Positions 27,180-35,989 of a DNA stretch of 37,344 nucleotides are shown piece by piece (positions within the stretch are counted from its first letter, which is position 1; each line of letters starts with the position of its first letter). Under the pieces are notes generated by a model, which saw nothing but the letters and a program-made list of their open reading frames with translations, had not been told where the DNA came from and ran no database searches. The position numbers and the translations under genes are program-made. The stretch lies in the IMG/VR virus record IMGVR_UViG_2778261692_000005. The stretch is one strand, 5' to 3'. Source of the DNA: a virus. Lineage: Duplodnaviria; Heunggongvirae; Uroviricota; Caudoviricetes.

Positions 27180-28139
27180 TTACTCCTTGTCCATTGCGTA
27201 CAGCCCATTAACCAGAGCAAACTGTGGCACCCCGTCCGCGATGAAAGTCGCATTAACTCCGCAGGCTTCGCGGATAGCGGGTGCCACAATCTCCGCCCCA
27301 CCACCGACAACCATCACCCGCCCGTAACCCGAAAAACCCGCCAGCGCGCGGATCACGCGTTGTTTCAGTGTTTCTTCCTTTTCACGAATAACCGCCATCA
27401 GGCTGGCGTAATGCGCGTCATTGTGGATGTGCTGGCGCAGCCAGGCTTCATCATGGCGATGTTCGATAATGGTATTGGCGATGTGGTGACTGGTGCGCAT
27501 ACCGTTAGTGGCCATCACCGACAGTACGGCATCGGCCATCAGAGAAACGCCTACGTGTGGATCGCAAAACACCTGGCTGATACCTGCCAGTTGCCCCTGA
27601 ACCTTTGCCACATCCAGCGTGGTTCCGCCCAAATCCACAATCAGCAGGGATTCAAACGGACTCATGTCAGCCAGTGCCTTAAAGCCAGCCGGAATGGATT
27701 CAGGCATAACCCGTACGTTACGGATAGTGAATGCTTCGCCGTTCTGGTACTCCACCGGGCGCATAACGTTCGCTTTTTTGCGGTTGATGTTGGTCATGTC
27801 CGGCTGTGCGTTTGTGTCGAAATACTCGCTCAGTGGCAGGGTGACAACCACATCCACCTCCTGTGGCGTGATGCCTGATTTGACCAGCGCGTGATGAATG
27901 GCAATGACATTCACATCGCTGTACTGGTATTGCGTGTCGGTCGTCTGGACAAAGCGATCGCTGACCGGATCAAAACCATAGCGCACGCCATCAAGCATGT
28001 AGTTTGCGGGCTGCGTGCCACCGAACGGCGCAGACCATTCCGACTTGAAGCTGTTCGGGCTGATGGCGTTGCGGCGTTCGCCGTTCTCAGTCCATGCCAG
28101 CTTGATGTTGGTGGAGCCGTCATCGATACAAATTTTCAT
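27180..28139 (-). CDS. parM: ParM/StbA-like actin-family segregation ATPase
   Basis: MKICIDDGSTNIKLAW…ISPNSF…YSDVNV…VMPESIPAGF…LLIVDLGGTTLDV…GVSL…FSGY…VGGGAE…LVNG aligns along its length with R1 ParM; RBS AAGGAA. Confidence 0.85.
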   Translation of the reverse strand: MKICIDDGSTNIKLAWTENGERRNAISPNSFKSEWSAPFGGTQPANYMLDGVRYGFDPVSDRFVQTTDTQYQYSDVNVIAIHHALVKSGITPQEVDVVVTLPLSEYFDTNAQPDMTNINRKKANVMRPVEYQNGEAFTIRNVRVMPESIPAGFKALADMSPFESLLIVDLGGTTLDVAKVQGQLAGISQVFCDPHVGVSLMADAVLSVMATNGMRTSHHIANTIIEHRHDEAWLRQHIHNDAHYASLMAVIREKEETLKQRVIRALAGFSGYGRVMVVGGGAEIVAPAIREACGVNATFIADGVPQFALVNGLYAMDKE

Positions 28140-28168
28140 GTCGCTTTTCCTTATGTTGATTAATTAAT

Positions 28169-28281
28169 CGTTTACGGGATTCTGAAATCCCGTTTTTGCC
28201 TGTTTTATGCGCGCTTCATATATCGCGGCGCGTTTTTTGCTCATTTACGGGATTTGTGAATCCCGTTTCTGTCTGTTTTTT
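28169..28281. repeat. two ~38-bp direct repeats each containing the hairpin ACGGGATT-N5-AATCCCGT; candidate parC-like centromere/operator
   Basis: Copy 1 (28169-28206) lies between gene A and parM over the likely parM promoter; copy 2 (28242-28281) lies inside the last codons of gene A. Confidence 0.4.
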
Positions 28282-31056
28282 GTTTCCACTGGTCAGGCCA
28301 CCCCGCAGCAGGTCTGCTTTGCGGCGGGCGCGTTCAGTGGTTTCACTGATTCTCTGTGCGTGCTCTGCGTCGCGGATGGCGCGCAGCATGTCAGAAAGCA
28401 CGGTAACGGGTGTTTTCATGGTGTTCTGGTCCTGCTGAAGTGTGGATGCCAGGCGTGCGGCGGCTTCGGGGTCTGATGCCCCCAGCTGTTCCAGATAGCT
28501 GGCGACCGGGTTATGGCGGATCTCCGTGCTGCTTACGCCGTGGTTACGGCTCAGGCGCTGCCAGAGCTGCGTGATCCGGCTGTCCGGGCGGGTATCCGGT
28601 TTGCGTACAATTTCAAATCCCTGCGGTGCAATGATGCTGCCGTCAACGTACAGACTGCCGCCCCGTAACAGGTGCTGCATCTGCTGTTCACCAATATGCA
28701 GGCCGAGAGATTCAGCAGACTCCCGCCATTCTTTAGCGAGTAATTCGTGGTTATCAGGCAAAGGCCGCTGCTGTTTGCGGCTCTGTGTCCAGCTCTGCAT
28801 TTCATCACTGCTGTTTTTTGCCTGTTTGTCACGAAGCGAACGCATCAGCGCCCGGCGTTCGTGCCGTTTCAGTGAGCGCATCCATTCGTTCACTTCAACG
28901 CCGTCAGGGAGCTGCGGCCACGGTGCTGGCCGTTCTTCCGGCTGTTCTGTCCCGTTGTTGTCCGTTTCCTGTACACGGGGACAGTTATTGCCACGAGTCC
29001 AAGGGGCGGCAGGGCCGCCCTGAAGGTCAAAACCATTTTCGTGGGCGCTGCCTTCCTGTTCCGGTTTACGTCTTACCAGCTTCCAGTTATCCGGGTGCGT
29101 GCACACACGGGAGGATTCCCCGATGAGTGGTGACCAGATCCCGTAAATCTGTACACTCTGTTCGCCGTAATCGTTCAGCTCATCGGCGAGGTCGTAGGCG
29201 GTGCGAATCAGGTAGTCTTTGCGTGGAACAAGTACGCCGCCCTGTTTCTCTATGTAGGTGGCAAAACATCCGGCATCAGCGGCAGCGAGTACCGCATCCA
29301 TTGCGTCATCCTTCAGCCGTTGCGGGCCTTCCGGGTTGCGTGCCATCTGGCTGGCAAGGCGGCGGAGTTCACGCCACACCTGACGGGAGGGGATGCCAAA
29401 GAACTGGAACTGGCGGACCCGGTGAAGGCGTGCCCAACCGATGGCGCGCTCCACGCTCTCGGCCATTGATTTTCCGGTTTCGTGGTCAACGCGTGGTTTG
29501 CCCGTTTTCGGGTCGATGCCATCCACGGCGCGGCTGTCCAGGTTTTTCCCGATGTAGGTCGCGATATAGCTGGTTGGTGTGCCTTTTGAGCCGTCGACAT
29601 ACTCCACTTTAAAGCGCGGAGTAATATCATTGCCCAGCTCGTGGCGGTCTTCCTGAATGGCAATATCGCGGGTGATGGCCACGATGCTGTCGATTTCTTC
29701 CGGATGAGCAAAGACCATCATATGCCAGTGCACGGTGCCGTCATGGTGAGGCTCCACCGTGCGGATGCCATACCAGCGCAGGCCGTCGCGGTTCAGTTTT
29801 TTGCGGACCGCCGCAAAAAACGTGTTAACCAGGTAATCGCTGGAGTCGCGCATGGTGGCCCCGTTCCATTTGGGGTTCGGATGACCGTTCTCCGTTGTTG
29901 CGTGGTATTTTGACGGGCAGGTGACAGTCAGAAACACCGCTCTGTCGCCACGGGCTTTGGCCAGAAGTTCCAGTCCCTTCATGGTGGCCATCATTTCTGC
30001 CTTACGGTGAACCGGGTTACTTACTCCCGCGTAATACACTGTCTCGAGATCAATCGTGAACCCGTCTTCGTTTTCCAGCATGAAACTTTTCAGGAAATCG
30101 CGTGTTTTCTCGCGCTGTGCGCGAAACTCGCTTAACGCGTCCTGGCTCAGATAGGGCGATGTTTTTCTGGAAACCAGACAGGCGGCGCGGAGTTGTTCTT
30201 CTCTCCACTCGCAACGTAACAGCCACAGTTTGCGTTTCCACCATTCCGCACAGGTCAGGCGAAGGATTGCGCCCGGCAGCAGCTCCGTGTCCGGTTCGTT
30301 CCTCCGGTCTTTATCTGTTGTCAGTGCGTCATAATGTGGAGGCATGATGTGCAGGTGTAACGCCATGCGGGCCAGCATCTGATACGCCTTCAGCGTTACA
30401 TCCATGGTCAGTTCGCCATCGGTCGCGCCAAAGCCATCGCAGAGTTTTTCGAAGGTGCTGCTGAACATCGCCGCCGTCATGGTGGCCAGCGTCTGTATCT
30501 GGTGTTTGTTGAGCTGCGGCAGGTAAAGCAAATCGTCCAGGCGTTCGCGTCCGGCAAGGGAGCGATAACCCGGTGTCAGCCAGCGTCCGTCAGTGCGATC
30601 CAGACGTTCGAATATTTTGCGCAGGGTTCCGCGTGCATAGCGTTCCGCCTGCCAGCTCTTTTTGCCTTTCCGGCGATCAGCTTCCTGTTTTTTGCGCAGG
30701 AAGGAGAGGTGGCGACTCAGAGGTTCTCGCAGATAAACGGGAAGCGCCTTCAGTGTGGCAAAGGCACGGGCTACCGGGTCTTGTTCTGTTGCCCGGCGCT
30801 TACTGATGATGCTCTGTGCCAGCTTTTCACGCTGTCCGGCTTCCTCAAGGGATGCCATGAGTTTTTTACCCACGGTGGATTGTGCGAAAAAGGCTTCCTC
30901 CTTCGCTTCCTGTTCTTCCAGAGCCTTTTTGTCTGCCTCAAGGTAGTAACGGATGGCGCGTTGCAGGTCGGTTTCAGTTTCCTGCCTGTGCTCCGTAAAT
31001 CTGGCTGGATCAATGGCTGGCCGTGGTTCATTCCAGCTCCATGCAAACTCACTCAT
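28216..31056 (-). CDS. A: replication initiation endonuclease A (rolling-circle initiator)
   Basis: About 946 aa from ATG overlapping the upstream stop (ATGA); recognised as the P2/186 gpA family. Confidence 0.88.
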   Translation of the reverse strand: MSEFAWSWNEPRPAIDPARFTEHRQETETDLQRAIRYYLEADKKALEEQEAKEEAFFAQSTVGKKLMASLEEAGQREKLAQSIISKRRATEQDPVARAFATLKALPVYLREPLSRHLSFLRKKQEADRRKGKKSWQAERYARGTLRKIFERLDRTDGRWLTPGYRSLAGRERLDDLLYLPQLNKHQIQTLATMTAAMFSSTFEKLCDGFGATDGELTMDVTLKAYQMLARMALHLHIMPPHYDALTTDKDRRNEPDTELLPGAILRLTCAEWWKRKLWLLRCEWREEQLRAACLVSRKTSPYLSQDALSEFRAQREKTRDFLKSFMLENEDGFTIDLETVYYAGVSNPVHRKAEMMATMKGLELLAKARGDRAVFLTVTCPSKYHATTENGHPNPKWNGATMRDSSDYLVNTFFAAVRKKLNRDGLRWYGIRTVEPHHDGTVHWHMMVFAHPEEIDSIVAITRDIAIQEDRHELGNDITPRFKVEYVDGSKGTPTSYIATYIGKNLDSRAVDGIDPKTGKPRVDHETGKSMAESVERAIGWARLHRVRQFQFFGIPSRQVWRELRRLASQMARNPEGPQRLKDDAMDAVLAAADAGCFATYIEKQGGVLVPRKDYLIRTAYDLADELNDYGEQSVQIYGIWSPLIGESSRVCTHPDNWKLVRRKPEQEGSAHENGFDLQGGPAAPWTRGNNCPRVQETDNNGTEQPEERPAPWPQLPDGVEVNEWMRSLKRHERRALMRSLRDKQAKNSSDEMQSWTQSRKQQRPLPDNHELLAKEWRESAESLGLHIGEQQMQHLLRGGSLYVDGSIIAPQGFEIVRKPDTRPDSRITQLWQRLSRNHGVSSTEIRHNPVASYLEQLGASDPEAAARLASTLQQDQNTMKTPVTVLSDMLRAIRDAEHAQRISETTERARRKADLLRGGLTSGNKKQTETGFTNPVNEQKTRRDI

Positions 31057-31442
31057 GGCTGGTATCCCGTCACGCGCAGCCACTCCTGCGAGAAGAGGGT
31101 GGAAAGGCGGTTAAATTCAGCGGTGTATTCACTCAGCGAGGCACACCCGCCAGCAGTGCGATGCGCCAGCATTGCCGCAAATACGGAGGCCGGGGAGTCG
31201 TAATACGCCAGTAGTGATTCGCCGTGTGGTGTCAGGCAGTGCAACGCCAGCCCGTGTGGTGTGAAGTCCACGCGGTAGCAGTCGTCTACTGTGAAATAAA
31301 GGGTGTCTGCATTCTCTGGTTTTGTGGTACGTGCTCTGTTGTCACGACCACGGATGTAGAGATCAAATAATCCCTGAAGAACGGGAGCCAGACGGGTGTC
31401 CTGTGTGCGCACCCATCTTGTGAAGTCATGAGCGTCAATCAT
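31053..31442 (-). CDS. hypothetical early-operon protein (129 aa)
   Basis: Translationally coupled to A; RBS AAAGAGA. Confidence 0.6.
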   Translation of the reverse strand: MIDAHDFTRWVRTQDTRLAPVLQGLFDLYIRGRDNRARTTKPENADTLYFTVDDCYRVDFTPHGLALHCLTPHGESLLAYYDSPASVFAAMLAHRTAGGCASLSEYTAEFNRLSTLFSQEWLRVTGYQP

Positions 31443-31514
31443 GCTGCAATTCTCTTTACTACAGATGTGCGAAGGCCTCCCGCCGCAAGGTGCAGGAAAG
31501 GCCCGGAACAGGAA

Positions 31515-31745
31515 TTAATGGAGTTTGTTTTGCTGCTGGATGAGCTGTTGAAGCTCGTGCAGATCATCCGCCAGATAGCTGAAAACAGAGGCGGAATAAA
31601 TGTTTGATAGTGCGTGGCTGCGCTCATGCAGCATATTGATGTGCATGATTTGCGCGACGCGTGATGCGCGGGAAAGTCTGCGGTTGATTTCAGTCTGGAT
31701 GTGACGACGCGCAGCGTATGCGCGCTGTTGTTTGCGGTTTGCCAT
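31515..31745 (-). CDS. hypothetical small basic protein (76 aa)
   Basis: RBS AAGAGG 7 nt upstream; Arg/Gln-rich helical composition. Confidence 0.5.
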   Translation of the reverse strand: MANRKQQRAYAARRHIQTEINRRLSRASRVAQIMHINMLHERSHALSNIYSASVFSYLADDLHELQQLIQQQNKLH

Positions 31746-32067
31746 GGTGTGGCCTCTTTGCTCGGTGATAGAAATAGCTCACCATCCAGAGTTGAGAATC
31801 TCGGGGTGGCGAGACGTACAGGGTTCTCAACACCGGAGAGCAAAGAATCCGGCCCGACCGAAGTCGGCCCCGTACGCCCCGCCATAATTCTGACGCGAAA
31901 AAGACGTGGCAATACAGTACGCACAAAAAAACCGCTGGCGCGGTTATGCGCTTTGCTCTGTATCGGGTTGAGAATCCCGGCACCCGTTTTATGAGGTGCA
32001 GCGGAAATGTAACCTGACCGATTGCGGCATGGCAAGCGGTTTTTTTGTGTGTGCATGTTCTGGTTTC
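31746..32067. other. ~320-bp non-coding stretch inside the early operon with GTTGAGAA inverted repeats and terminator-like hairpins
   Basis: Only low-complexity ORFs overlap; GTTGAGAA/TTCTCAAC inverted pair around 31790-31830, third copy around 31965; hairpin ACCGC-N4-GCGGT with A7/T7 flank around 31925-31945. Confidence 0.4.
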
Positions 32068-32367
32068 TTACTGGTTCAGAAAAAAATCAAAAACCTTGTC
32101 AATGCGTTGCAGCAGCTCTTGCTGCATTGCTTCCGGCGTTTCCGGTTCGCCTGGTGCCCCCAGCGTTGCGCAGAAATCAGCGATTTCATGATGGAGCGTC
32201 AGGCGAATGGCAGGAGCCGTGGTTTTGGCGTGCTCCAGCTGATCCAGCAGTGCCAGCACAGCAGACGGCGAGAGCATTGCGCGAAATGCCAGTAATTTTT
32301 GAGGAGTTGCCATTCGTTGCAGGGCAAATGCCAGTTCGCGTAGCTTCTGGTGGTTGATGGTGCTCAT
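32068..32367 (-). CDS. hypothetical early protein (99 aa)
   Basis: ORF in the early operon; start overlaps the upstream gene's stop. Confidence 0.55.
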   Translation of the reverse strand: MSTINHQKLRELAFALQRMATPQKLLAFRAMLSPSAVLALLDQLEHAKTTAPAIRLTLHHEIADFCATLGAPGEPETPEAMQQELLQRIDKVFDFFLNQ

Positions 32368-32630
32368 GTTCTGGCTTCCTTCAGTAGCTGGTTAAACATG
32401 TGAGTAAGTGGATTGCTACACCCGAACGGCATCGGGTTTACGTGGTAAGAAGCCTGGCCTCCAGTTTTGCGAGCGCGACCACCTGTGCTGCGGTTTGTTC
32501 TGATGACTAAGCCGCCGCGCCAAAGTCGGCGTAACTCAGCATTAATAGCTGTGGTTGGGGTGTTCAGTGCTGCGGCGATTTCTCCGCCGCTACAACCCGG
32601 ATGTGTAGTGATGTAGTCCAGAATGGTCAT
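32364..32630 (-). CDS. hypothetical early protein (88 aa), possible winged-helix DNA binding
   Basis: 4-nt overlap with neighbours; composition suggests a small DNA-binding domain. Confidence 0.5.
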   Translation of the reverse strand: MTILDYITTHPGCSGGEIAAALNTPTTAINAELRRLWRGGLVIRTNRSTGGRARKTGGQASYHVNPMPFGCSNPLTHMFNQLLKEART

Positions 32631-32830
32631 TTGCGTGGCTCCTGTACCTGTCGGATAAGATTCACCCGCGCCACGTTGGTGGCGCAGAAGTAAGTGCCGT
32701 CAGTGAGGTAGATGTGGTGTGCATCCTTTTCCGAACGATGTTTGTCGATAGTGGTAATCAGGCGTTCGTCGACCTCGTATTCGCGCCCTCTGGAGGTAAA
32801 GCGAATGACGGGAAAATGCTTAATTGCCAT
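32627..32830 (-). CDS. hypothetical early protein (67 aa)
   Basis: Compact ORF coupled to downstream gene. Confidence 0.5.
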   Translation of the reverse strand: MAIKHFPVIRFTSRGREYEVDERLITTIDKHRSEKDAHHIYLTDGTYFCATNVARVNLIRQVQEPRK

Positions 32831-32853
32831 TGCGCCCCCTTTGTCCAGTAACC

Positions 32854-33270
32854 CTATGCGTTAAATACGGCACGTTGCGCGTCATCAATGAATACAGCTT
32901 GAGATCGTTCTATCAGGCGGAGATTTGTCAGAAGCTCTGACTCTTTTGTGTGGTAAGGCGTTATCAGGTATTTGCCGTGCAGTTCGGCAATAATGGTGTA
33001 TTGCGTCATTATTGCCGAACCAAGAATGTAAATGCGGCGTCCAATGCTGGACGGATTCATGGCTGCAACTGTTGACTGTGTTTTAAGAGTGTCGATTTCT
33101 TTGCTCTGTTCCTCAATAATTTTGGCTGCTTCAGAGGTGGCTATTGCGATGGTCAGTGCGTAAAGCGCTGCCATATGTTGATTATCTTTCTGGGCTGCCC
33201 TGGACAGCTTGTCTTGCTCTGCTGACACCATTTTTAATGTATTGATAATATTTTTTTCTTTTGCGTTCAT
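32854..33270 (-). CDS. hypothetical early protein (138 aa)
   Basis: RBS GGAG 6 nt upstream; AT-rich. Confidence 0.55.
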   Translation of the reverse strand: MNAKEKNIINTLKMVSAEQDKLSRAAQKDNQHMAALYALTIAIATSEAAKIIEEQSKEIDTLKTQSTVAAMNPSSIGRRIYILGSAIMTQYTIIAELHGKYLITPYHTKESELLTNLRLIERSQAVFIDDAQRAVFNA

Positions 33271-33362
33271 TTTATATCTCCGTTATTTGCGTGTGCGAAT
33301 ACCTCCGCGAATGCGGATAGTTTTCAGGTTTTCGGGTTTAATCTGGTGTTTTGTTTAAGCTG

Positions 33363-33476
33363 TTATTTGTCAGTGAAAAAGCGTTCAATCTTTTTTACTG
33401 AATGAATAATTCGCATAATCCCAATGGCGCAGGCCACCGAAATAATCAGAACAAGCCATGAGATAAATATACTCAT
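33363..33476 (-). CDS. small hydrophobic peptide (37 aa), unlisted ORF
   Basis: MSIFISWLVLIISVACAIGIMRIIHSVKKIERFFTDK; ATG overlaps the upstream gene's stop as ATGA; single TM helix plus basic tail. Confidence 0.35.
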   Translation of the reverse strand: MSIFISWLVLIISVACAIGIMRIIHSVKKIERFFTDK

Positions 33477-33715
33477 GCGATATTCCCCAGCTTATACGGT
33501 TCAATGTGTTCCCCGCATTCTGCGGCACAGATCAGCTCGGAAAGTTCGTTCAGTGCATCCAGATCATCAGTGTAAAAAGCAACGTCATACAAACTCCGGA
33601 TTGCCCTAGTCAATGAGTCACGGGCTGCATGTTCAGCATGAGCGCCTGATGCACTTAAGCGAAAATAAAATCGTTCAAGTGCTTTGTTAATGAGAGTTTT
33701 ATATTCTTTGCCCAT
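33473..33715 (-). CDS. hypothetical early protein (80 aa)
   Basis: RBS AAAGGG 7 nt upstream. Confidence 0.55.
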   Translation of the reverse strand: MGKEYKTLINKALERFYFRLSASGAHAEHAARDSLTRAIRSLYDVAFYTDDLDALNELSELICAAECGEHIEPYKLGNIA

Positions 33716-33726
33716 CGCAACGCCCT

Positions 33727-34005
33727 TTAATCTGCTTTCTGAATTTCAGCTTCTGAATCCATACAAATAATTTCGATATAGGGTTCATCGCCATTAACCT
33801 GACGTGCCTTTTCAGCTTCGCTAATGATTTCTCGTACGGTCTGGTACGGAAGCTCCACAGTCAGGCGCGTACCGTTCAGATAAACGTAAGTAGCTGCGTT
33901 TTTTTCGGATGGAACAACTCCGTCAATGGCTGATGCGCGTAATAACAGTTCACCGCGAAAATCAATAAAACGGATAAATACACCTTGTGCATGCTCTTTG
34001 GTCAT
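33727..34005 (-). CDS. hypothetical early protein (about 92 aa)
   Basis: Internal start MTKEHAQGVF chosen because the longer track ORF would overlap the upstream gene. Confidence 0.45.
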   Translation of the reverse strand: MTKEHAQGVFIRFIDFRGELLLRASAIDGVVPSEKNAATYVYLNGTRLTVELPYQTVREIISEAEKARQVNGDEPYIEIICMDSEAEIQKAD

Positions 34006-34015
34006 AAAGCACCTG

Positions 34016-34366
34016 TTATAAATCAGCCTGTTTAATAAAACTTTGCCCGCGAAGCAGACGATCAACCGTGCGAAGTGCTTCGTATAATGTGAAATCCTGC
34101 CCGAAGTGATTGTCGCCGCAGTTCAATGCAAAAATGCGGTTTCCGGTAAACGGATTGCGTGGGCATTTGTGGACCACGATTCCAGCTTTCTCAATCAGCC
34201 AGGCATGCTCGCCGATTTGTTTTACAGCGTGGCCATCCGGTGTTGCGTGCGTCTCGTTCAGGTTATAGCGACTGTTACTACGTGATGCACTGGTAGCGAC
34301 GTGGTGTACATGGCGTTCTACGCCATTACGAAATTTGGAGTATGGATTATTAGCGTTTTTTTTCAT
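34016..34366 (-). CDS. hypothetical early protein (116 aa)
   Basis: ORF in the early operon; weak RBS. Confidence 0.5.
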   Translation of the reverse strand: MKKNANNPYSKFRNGVERHVHHVATSASRSNSRYNLNETHATPDGHAVKQIGEHAWLIEKAGIVVHKCPRNPFTGNRIFALNCGDNHFGQDFTLYEALRTVDRLLRGQSFIKQADL

Positions 34367-34387
34367 GATGGTGCTCTGTTCATTGTT

Positions 34388-34591
34388 TTAGCTGTTAGCC
34401 AAAGCGTCTTTTAACATCGCCACAAGGTTTACTTCAGGCTTTTCCATTTTGGCGCGTTTGGGGCGGATAATAATTCGACCGTCAGCCAACATCTTTTTGC
34501 ATGTATTAAGAGGGATACCTGTTATCTCTGCATATTTCTGCAGGGATACATAGGGGGCATTCACATTGATATTGATGGTTATACCTGACAT
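34388..34591 (-). CDS. cox: Cox/Apl-like HTH excisionase-regulator
   Basis: …YVSLQKYAEITGIPLNTCKKMLADGRI… parallels the P2 Cox HTH region (…YQEFAKLIGKSTGAVRRMIDKGKLP…); RBS AGGAGG. Confidence 0.65.
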   Translation of the reverse strand: MSGITININVNAPYVSLQKYAEITGIPLNTCKKMLADGRIIIRPKRAKMEKPEVNLVAMLKDALANS

Positions 34592-34607
34592 CCCACTAGC
34601 CTCCTGA

Positions 34608-34814
34608 TCAGGAAGATTTGTTTTGTTCTTTCTGGGTTAGCTCTAGGCCGCGAAGGAAGATCATGCGCGCCATGTTAGAGGATGAGCGTTGTTCTTTAGC
34701 TGCCATTTCATCAATGACGGCTCGCTCCTCGAGGGACAGCCGAAGTGCCAGTCTTGGACCTGTGGCGGTGTTACGCGGAATGCGTGATCTGGTATCGTGA
34801 AGAACTTGTTTCAT
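34608..34814 (-). CDS. ribbon-helix-helix (Arc/CopG-like) regulator, first gene of the early operon
   Basis: …RLALRLSLEERAVIDEMAAKEQRSSSNMARMIFLRGL… has the beta-strand/helix/helix pattern of RHH proteins; no SD (possibly leaderless). Confidence 0.5.
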   Translation of the reverse strand: MKQVLHDTRSRIPRNTATGPRLALRLSLEERAVIDEMAAKEQRSSSNMARMIFLRGLELTQKEQNKSS

Positions 34815-34889
34815 AGTGGTATATTGTGATCATCTAATAGCTCGTGAAATCATTTTGGTATCAAAAAAGATACCTGTCAAGGTTTTTGT
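34815..34889. promoter_or_regulatory. divergent immunity-region promoters/operators between the early operon (-) and repressor (+)
   Basis: 75-bp AT-rich region with perfect inverted repeat GGTATC-N6-GATACC (about 34848-34865) and TGATCA palindrome. Confidence 0.45.
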
Positions 34890-35294
34890 ATGAAAAATGA
34901 TATTGGTCAGCGGTTGCGTGAGGAAAGGGAAAGATTGGGACTTAGTCAAGTTGCCATGAGCGACATTGGTGGAGTCAAAAAGCTAACTCAGCTTAGATAT
35001 GAGAAAGGAGATAGCTTTCCTGATGCTGCGTATTTGGCAGCGCTGTCTCGTTTTGGCCTTGATGTTCAGTATGTTGTGTTGGGAATTCACTCACCTGAAA
35101 CTTATAACGATGATGAGCAGGAGTTGATTACTCGCTTTCGAGCAGCTTCGTTAGATGTGAAAAATGCGGTGATTGGGGCTTTAAAAGGTGCGATCAGTGA
35201 AAAGGAAACTCAGCCATCAGGACGTGAGTTAAATATTTCTGGTGGTAATAACCGTATCGCTGGTCGTGACTATAACGAAACTAAGGGTAGGTGA
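34890..35294 (+). CDS. XRE-family HTH immunity repressor (C/CI-like)
   Basis: …IGQRLREERERLGLSQVAMSDIGGVKKLTQLRYEKGDSFPDAAYLAALSRFGLDVQYVVLG… is a classic HTH_XRE; transcribed divergently from the early operon and followed by int. Confidence 0.8.
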   Translation: MKNDIGQRLREERERLGLSQVAMSDIGGVKKLTQLRYEKGDSFPDAAYLAALSRFGLDVQYVVLGIHSPETYNDDEQELITRFRAASLDVKNAVIGALKGAISEKETQPSGRELNISGGNNRIAGRDYNETKGR

Positions 35295-35309
35295 TAGTAG
35301 GGAGGTGAC

Positions 35310-35960
35310 ATGGCCGTCAACTCAAACGGTTCAAACAATCGCGTTGCTGGGCGTGATTTTCACGAAAAGAATATTCAGATAGAGCGATATGATGGTTCTC
35401 ATACCGTCAATATCGCAATCCCTTCGAATAATGATGATGACGATCGCCCTTTGCTTAAGGCTCAGCGTAAGGAGCTAAATAGCTTGGTTGCTGCTATTGC
35501 AGAAGCTAGCAATACTGAAGCGTTTATTATTTGGCAAAAAGTACATGCGGAGATTGGTGTAGCTGGTATTGATGATATGACAGTAAATCAATATAAAACA
35601 GCGGAGAGTTTTCTGCATGCAATGCTTGAGCGATGTAAAGATCATGATGCCTGTAAGGCTCTTGTAAGTTTATTACTACGTAACAGTGAAGACTGTGGAC
35701 TTCGACAAAAACTTCTGCGGTATTGCCATATCAATTTCGGTACAGGACGTTTAAACGATCTTACTCGTTCTCAGTTACAGTCTGCATTGTCGTGGTTAGA
35801 GCAACAATCGGCATCAAGCCACACAGAGAGTTCGACCTTACCAGAAGTCCGACTACGTGCTTCAGAATTAATCCGACTTTATCCAAAAGAAATAATATTC
35901 TTTATCTGCGTAGGGGTTTTGGTAGGCGGTGTCATTTCTAGGGCGTTTTTTAATTTGTAA
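35310..35960 (+). CDS. membrane-anchored cargo protein (216 aa) of unknown function in the lysogeny operon
   Basis: RBS GGGAGG; C-terminal TM helix IIFFICVGVLVGGVISRAFF; N-terminus repeats the repressor C-terminal motif; AT-rich. Confidence 0.65.
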   Translation: MAVNSNGSNNRVAGRDFHEKNIQIERYDGSHTVNIAIPSNNDDDDRPLLKAQRKELNSLVAAIAEASNTEAFIIWQKVHAEIGVAGIDDMTVNQYKTAESFLHAMLERCKDHDACKALVSLLLRNSEDCGLRQKLLRYCHINFGTGRLNDLTRSQLQSALSWLEQQSASSHTESSTLPEVRLRASELIRLYPKEIIFFICVGVLVGGVISRAFFNL

Positions 35961-35989
35961 TCTTACTTGAGCTAAATTGAGGTAATGAT

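Noticed and set aside
30502-31203. 233-aa plus-strand ORF, and several others (28526-29023, 29127-29612), antisense to gene A
   Set aside because: Cys/Arg-rich nonsense translations antisense to a confidently assigned replication gene.
31439-32056. 205-aa minus-strand ORF spanning the structured non-coding island
   Set aside because: Ser/Arg-rich low-complexity translation, no RBS, overlaps the better-supported 76-aa gene; the region is better explained as non-coding.
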